Below are positions 58,974 through 64,000 of a DNA stretch of 64,000 nucleotides, piece after piece. The stretch lies in assembly GCA_039806955.1 (NCBI GenBank), contig JBDHQI010000019.1, positions 3,707 through 67,706 of the forward strand. The letters run 5' to 3'. This DNA is from Verrucomicrobiota bacterium (GTDB lineage Bacteria > Verrucomicrobiota > Verrucomicrobiia > Limisphaerales > JADLHS01). Made by a program: the position numbers and the translations under genes. The number at the start of each line of letters is the position of its first letter. The stretch's first letter is position 1. The notes under the pieces are model-generated. The model ran no database searches. It saw nothing but the letters and a program-made list of their open reading frames with translations, and was not told where the DNA came from.

Positions 58974-61900
58974 CTATCGTCCGCAACACTGCTTGTATTT
59001 TTTGCCGCTGCCGCACGGACAGGGATCATTGCGTCCCACCTTCGGCCCGGAACGCACGGGTTTGTTCTTTTCCACGGCCGCGGCCGCTTCACTGACCACG
59101 TCACTGGCTTTTTCCTGGGCGGCGGCTTCACCCGCACCGCCAAAAGTGCTGGCGGTTTGATGCAGCGTCCGCTGCGGCACGTTGCGCAGAAAGTTTTCGA
59201 AGGCGGCCAGGGACGAGGCGCTGCGGAAGATGTTGTGGCAAATCTCGGTTTTGATGTTCACCATCAACTCGTCAAAAATCTTGTAGCCCTCCGTCTTGTA
59301 TTCGATCAGCGGATCGAGCTGTCCATGCGCGCGCAGGCCGATGCTGTAGCGCAAGCTATCCATGTCGTACAAGTGCTCCTGCCACAGCCGGTCAATGGCG
59401 CTCAGGATGGTATAGCGCTCCACCGCTACCAGCTTGTCCGGCTCTTCAAAACTAACCTTCAACTCGTAGGCCTTGCGAATGCTGTCGCTGATGAAATGGC
59501 ACACGGCAAATTGCGCCGCGCTCAATCCGTCGTAAAGCGAACCTGAAACCGGCTCTTCGGTGCCGGATTGCGCCGCCTTGAGCAGTTCGCCCTCGGGCAT
59601 GCCCAGCGGGAAGTTCGCGTTCACCCAATCCGCCAGGCCGCGCAGATTCCACTGTTCCTGGTCATAATCGCCCTTGGTGAATTGTTCCACCTTGGTAATC
59701 GTGACTTCCTCCATCACGTCCATCAACCGGTCGCGCACATCGGTGGCGTGGATGATTTCGTTGCGAAAACCATAAATCACCTCGCGCTGTTTGTTCATCA
59801 CGTCGTCATATTCCAACGTGCGTTTGCGGATTTGGAAATTGTGCTGTTCCACCCGCTTTTGGGCCTGGCCGATCGAGCGGTTGAGCAAGGGATGCTCCAA
59901 CTCCTGCCCTTCCTCCAGCCCGAGTTTTTCCATGTACTTGACGATGTTGCCCGCGCCGAACAACCGCATCAGATCATCTTCCAAAGAAACAAAAAAGTGT
60001 GATGAACCCGGATCGCCCTGACGCGAGCAACGACCGCGCAACTGCCGGTCAATGCGGCGGGCCTCGTGACGTTCCGTCGCCAAAACGTGCAACCCGCCCA
60101 ACTCCGCCACGCCCGGACCGAGTTTAATATCCGTGCCGCGCCCCGCCATGTTCGTGGCGATGGTGATGGCGCCCCGCTGTCCGGCGCGGGCCACGATTTC
60201 GGCTTCCTGCTGGTGATGTTTCGCGTTCAGCACCGAGTGAACCAACTTCTCCCGGTTCAGCATCTTGGAGAGCAACTCACTGACCTCGACGGAAATCGTG
60301 CCGACCAGGATTGGCCGCCCCTGGGCGTGGATAGTTTTGATTTCCTTCAACACGGCGGTGTATTTCTCCCGCTTTGTTTTATAGACCGAGTCGTTGGCGT
60401 CCTTGCGCAGACAGGGTTTGTTGGTCGGGATGACCATCACGCCGAGTTTATAAATGTCCAGGAACTCGCCCGCCTCGGTTTCCGCCGTGCCCGTCATGCC
60501 GGCCAGTTTGTGATACAGACGGAAATAATTTTGAATCGTAATGGTCGCCAGCGTCTGCGTTTCGCGTTCGATCTCGACGCCTTCCTTGGCTTCCACCGCC
60601 TGATGCAAACCATCGCTCCAACGGCGCCCCGGCATCAAGCGCCCGGTATTCTGGTCCACGATGAGCACCTTGTTTTCCTGCACCACGTATTCCACGTCCT
60701 TGGCGTAAAGCGAATACGCCTTCAGCAACTGCGAGATGGAATGAATCTTCTGCGCCTTGGTTTCAAAGTCACTTTGCAGCTTGGCCTTGGCTTCGAGCCG
60801 CTGCCGTGGATCAAGATCGGGCGATGAATCAATTTCGTGAATGGCCACGCCCAAATCCGGCAGCACAAACGCATCCGGATCCTGAGGCGACATCAAATTG
60901 CGCCCCTTCTCCGTCAGATCGGCTTCGTGACTTTTCTCGTCAATCGCGAAGAACATCTGCTCCTTCTCCGCATACAGCTCGACCTTCTTTTGATCGAGAT
61001 GCAACGAAAGCTCGGCCTCGTTCATCATCTTGAGGTTGTCCGGCTCTTCCAACAATTTGAGCAACACTTCGGATTTGGGCTGTCCCGTCTTCACCCGGAA
61101 CAACAGCAAACCGATTTCCCGGCGCAACGCATCCGGATTTTGAGGATTTTCACCGTTGGTGGGATTGAGCTTTTTCAGTAAACCTTCGGCTTCCGATAAA
61201 AACCTCGCGCACAAGCGTTCCTGCGCGCGCACAACGGATTCCACCAGCGGCTTCCACTGCGCGTATTGCTCATCAAACGTTCGCACCGCCGGGCCGCTGA
61301 TGATGAGCGGCACGCGCGCCTCATCAATGAGGATCGAGTCCACTTCGTCCACGATCGCGTAATAGTGGCCGCGTTGGACCTGTTCCTCCTTGCGCGTGGC
61401 CATGCCGTTGTCGCGCAGGTAATCGAAGCCGAACTCGGCGTTGGTACCGTAAGTGATGTCGCAGTTGTATTGCTCGCGGCGGATGTGCGGCGGCTGATCG
61501 TGCAGGATGCAACCCACCGTCAACCCGAGAAATTTATAGACCGCTCCCATCCATTCCGAGTCACGGGAAGCGAGATAATCGTTCACCGTCACGACGTGTG
61601 CGCCCCGTCCGGTCAGCGCGTTCAAATACACCGGCGCGGTAGCCACGAGTGTTTTACCTTCACCCGTCGCCATTTCCGCAATCTTGCCGGTGTGCAACGC
61701 AATGCCGCCAATCAACTGCACGTCAAAGGGAATCATTTCCCATTTGGTGGGATGTCCGCGGACGCTGACCTCCTGACCGTACAAGCGGCGGCAGGTATTC
61801 TTCACCACCGCAAACGCTTCCGGCATGATTTCCGTCAGCCGCGCCGCAAGTTTGGCGTCATCTTCAATCGCGGAAAGCTCCGCCTTCCAAGCGGCGGTCT

Positions 61901-62036
61901 TCGCGCGAAGCTCATCGTCAGAAAGCGATTGCAGACTCGCTTCGATTTCGTTGATCCTGGCGACCATGGGTCGCAGTTTTTTGACTTCGCGGTCATTTCT
62001 TGACCCCACGATTTTCTTAAAAATGGCACCTATCAT
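58974..62036 (-). CDS. secA: Preprotein translocase ATPase SecA
   Basis: EMATGEGKT, VDEVDSILIDEAR, ATNMAGRGTDI, C-terminal CPCGSGKKYKQCC. Confidence 0.98.
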   Translation of the reverse strand: MIGAIFKKIVGSRNDREVKKLRPMVARINEIEASLQSLSDDELRAKTAAWKAELSAIEDDAKLAARLTEIMPEAFAVVKNTCRRLYGQEVSVRGHPTKWEMIPFDVQLIGGIALHTGKIAEMATGEGKTLVATAPVYLNALTGRGAHVVTVNDYLASRDSEWMGAVYKFLGLTVGCILHDQPPHIRREQYNCDITYGTNAEFGFDYLRDNGMATRKEEQVQRGHYYAIVDEVDSILIDEARVPLIISGPAVRTFDEQYAQWKPLVESVVRAQERLCARFLSEAEGLLKKLNPTNGENPQNPDALRREIGLLLFRVKTGQPKSEVLLKLLEEPDNLKMMNEAELSLHLDQKKVELYAEKEQMFFAIDEKSHEADLTEKGRNLMSPQDPDAFVLPDLGVAIHEIDSSPDLDPRQRLEAKAKLQSDFETKAQKIHSISQLLKAYSLYAKDVEYVVQENKVLIVDQNTGRLMPGRRWSDGLHQAVEAKEGVEIERETQTLATITIQNYFRLYHKLAGMTGTAETEAGEFLDIYKLGVMVIPTNKPCLRKDANDSVYKTKREKYTAVLKEIKTIHAQGRPILVGTISVEVSELLSKMLNREKLVHSVLNAKHHQQEAEIVARAGQRGAITIATNMAGRGTDIKLGPGVAELGGLHVLATERHEARRIDRQLRGRCSRQGDPGSSHFFVSLEDDLMRLFGAGNIVKYMEKLGLEEGQELEHPLLNRSIGQAQKRVEQHNFQIRKRTLEYDDVMNKQREVIYGFRNEIIHATDVRDRLMDVMEEVTITKVEQFTKGDYDQEQWNLRGLADWVNANFPLGMPEGELLKAAQSGTEEPVSGSLYDGLSAAQFAVCHFISDSIRKAYELKVSFEEPDKLVAVERYTILSAIDRLWQEHLYDMDSLRYSIGLRAHGQLDPLIEYKTEGYKIFDELMVNIKTEICHNIFRSASSLAAFENFLRNVPQRTLHQTASTFGGAGEAAAQEKASDVVSEAAAAVEKNKPVRSGPKVGRNDPCPCGSGKKYKQCCGR

Positions 62037-62376
62037 ATTTGCCGAAAACGGCGAAAAGTTACGGTAGAAGAACCGAGCCAACCGGTCAAATGATTAGCAA
62101 AAATCATTCGACCCCGAGCCAACGCATCTCGATCCAGCGGCCTCGATTTACGGAACGGGAACGCGCGAATGACGTGAAGTCGCCCGCTGGTTCAAGAATC
62201 TCCAGGCCGGCGAGACGGCGATTGCCCTTTACTTTCGCATGGTTCATGCCGTTCACGGCTCACCTGCGACCGCAGGGTTTAAGACTATGAAAGTCTGACG
62301 TTACCCGCAGCGCCAGTGAGTCACTGGTTCCGGTTTCCGTTGAAAAACGGGATGAGCCTTGTTAGTTTTTGCCCCC

Positions 62377-63315
62377 ATGTCGGCTGTGGCCAATGCCCCG
62401 CAATCTCCTTCCAAGGCGAAGGTCTTCGTTCGGCGTCTTACCAGCACCACCCTTTTATGGGCCGTGGTATTGGCGGCGATGTTTTCGGGCAATGCGTTGG
62501 TTTCCGGTATTGTCTTTGCCAGCTTCGTCAGCGTGTTCGCCACCGTTGGACTGCTGGAATTTTATCACCTGGCTGAAAAACGCGGGCTGGCCTGTTTCAA
62601 AATCGTCGGAATTGTCGTCGGCCTGGTGCTGACGCTGCTCGTCGCTGCGCCCAGTGCTGGATGGTTGGGATCGGTGCGGCATCCGGCGCAGGTGAACGAT
62701 TGGGAAATCGCCTGGCTCGCTCTAGTAGTGCTGGGACTTTGCGTGCGCCAACTGTACGCCAAATCAAGTCCTTCCGGCTTGATCGCCATTGCAACCACGC
62801 TCCTGGGTTTGTTGTACGTGCCGTGGTTGCTGAACTTTTTTCAGAAGATCAATTTCTTTCCGGGGTTGAATGGCAACGGAAAATTTTTTGTACTCTACTT
62901 TATTTTAGTGACGAAATTCAGCGACACCGGCGCGTACGCCATTGGCTCGCTGATCGGCAAACACAAGCTGATTCCGCGCGTCAGCCCGGCGAAAACGTGG
63001 GAGGGATTCATCGGCGCGATTGCCGTGGCGACGGGCGCAAGCGTGGTCTATGTGCATTTCCTGCAAGACAAAATGCCGGGAATGACGTTGCCACACGCAA
63101 TCGTGCTGGGAGTTTTCCTCAGTTCCACCGCCGTGATCGGCGACTTGATCGAATCCATCTTCAAGCGCGAGGCGGGGGTCAAGGACTCGGGACATTTCTT
63201 TCCGGGCATCGGCGGCATTTTGGATTTGCTCGATAGCTTGCTGTTCAATGCGCCGCTCATGTATCTCTATATGCGCTATGTGCTGGCGCTCGGGGAACCG
63301 TGGCTGCCGCCCTGA
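62377..63315 (+). CDS. cdsA: Phosphatidate cytidylyltransferase
   Basis: SDTGAY, SPAKTWEG, GDLIES..KR..GVKDSG..FPG.GG.LD. Confidence 0.94.
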   Translation: MSAVANAPQSPSKAKVFVRRLTSTTLLWAVVLAAMFSGNALVSGIVFASFVSVFATVGLLEFYHLAEKRGLACFKIVGIVVGLVLTLLVAAPSAGWLGSVRHPAQVNDWEIAWLALVVLGLCVRQLYAKSSPSGLIAIATTLLGLLYVPWLLNFFQKINFFPGLNGNGKFFVLYFILVTKFSDTGAYAIGSLIGKHKLIPRVSPAKTWEGFIGAIAVATGASVVYVHFLQDKMPGMTLPHAIVLGVFLSSTAVIGDLIESIFKREAGVKDSGHFFPGIGGILDLLDSLLFNAPLMYLYMRYVLALGEPWLPP

Positions 63316-63445
63316 GCGTCGGCCCATTGCTAACGAGCCGCCCCTCGTTGCGCTTGCTCAAATGGCTGCCAATGAAACTTGATTGTATGTTAAGACCCGA
63401 AGCATTTTCGTCATCCCCCCTCACTTCAACCCGCCGTGGACGCTT

Positions 63446-64000
63446 ATGAAAAACGTGGTGGTTCTAGGCAGCACGGGTTCAATTGGCACCAGCACGATCA
63501 AGGTGGCTGAGGATTTGCCGGATCGCATCCGCCTGCTTGGCCTGGCGGCTGGCAACAACACCGCGCTTTTGGCGGAACAGGCACGACGCCATCAGCTCGT
63601 GGCGGTGGCCATCAAAGACGCAACCAAAATGGCGGAGCTGCGGAAAGCGCTCGCCGCCAGTTGCGAGGTTTATTCCGGTGACGAGGGGTTGATCAAACTG
63701 GCTACGCATCCACAGGCTGACATTGTTCTGATCGCCATCGTTGGCACCGCGGGACTCGCTCCGGCTCTCGCCGCCATCCGGGCGGGCAAAGATATCGCCG
63801 TTGCCTCCAAGGAAATTCTCGTCATGGCTGGTGAAATCGTCATGCGCGAAGCGCGGCAACATGGCGTGCGCGTGTTGGCGGTGGATAGCGAGCACTCCGC
63901 CATCTTCCAATGTCTCGACGGCAAACCCGCTGCTTCCGTGCGGAAGCTTTGGCTGACTGCCAGTGGCGGGCCGTTTCGGGACAAAGCCGTCTGGTCGCCG
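63446..64000 (+). CDS. dxr: 1-deoxy-D-xylulose-5-phosphate reductoisomerase, 5' part (truncated by window edge)
   Basis: MKNVVVLGSTGSIG, ASKEILV, VDSEHSAIFQCL, LTASGGPFR. Confidence 0.96.
   Translation, partial: MKNVVVLGSTGSIGTSTIKVAEDLPDRIRLLGLAAGNNTALLAEQARRHQLVAVAIKDATKMAELRKALAASCEVYSGDEGLIKLATHPQADIVLIAIVGTAGLAPALAAIRAGKDIAVASKEILVMAGEIVMREARQHGVRVLAVDSEHSAIFQCLDGKPAASVRKLWLTASGGPFRDKAVWSP

Overview
GC-rich bacterial chromosome segment. It is most likely Verrucomicrobiota (Pedosphaera/Limisphaera-like), an inference from the DUF1559-like pilin, the LamG/Ig surface protein, GTAG REPs and gene order. The housekeeping backbone is nusA-infB-rbfA-DHH-truB-ribF-helicase, yggS, pgm, xseB-dxs, dksA-rpmG-rpsR, ilvD, xylA, tRNA-Ala(CGC), secA and cdsA-dxr. 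Three accessory modules stand out. (1) A translationally coupled 7-gene operon joins bacillithiol-type genes (bshA, bshB1 and an apparently half-size bshC) to a secreted PIG-L amidase, a 50-aa membrane peptide, a Na+/solute symporter and DUF2911, suggesting a thiol synthesis plus periplasmic recycling system. (2) An 8-gene operon under an XRE-HTH/molybdate-PBP regulator couples a pilin-like protein and a surface protein to a type II ABC importer, an NTPase and a methyltransferase. (3) A zinc-themed cluster has ZIP and Fur/Zur with a perfect operator, next to DksA, L33 and S18 that lack intact Zn-binding Cys sets. A short cas10/cmr2-like remnant lies beside REP palindromes, and no CRISPR array is visible. 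All family calls come from motif recognition by eye; no database searches were run.
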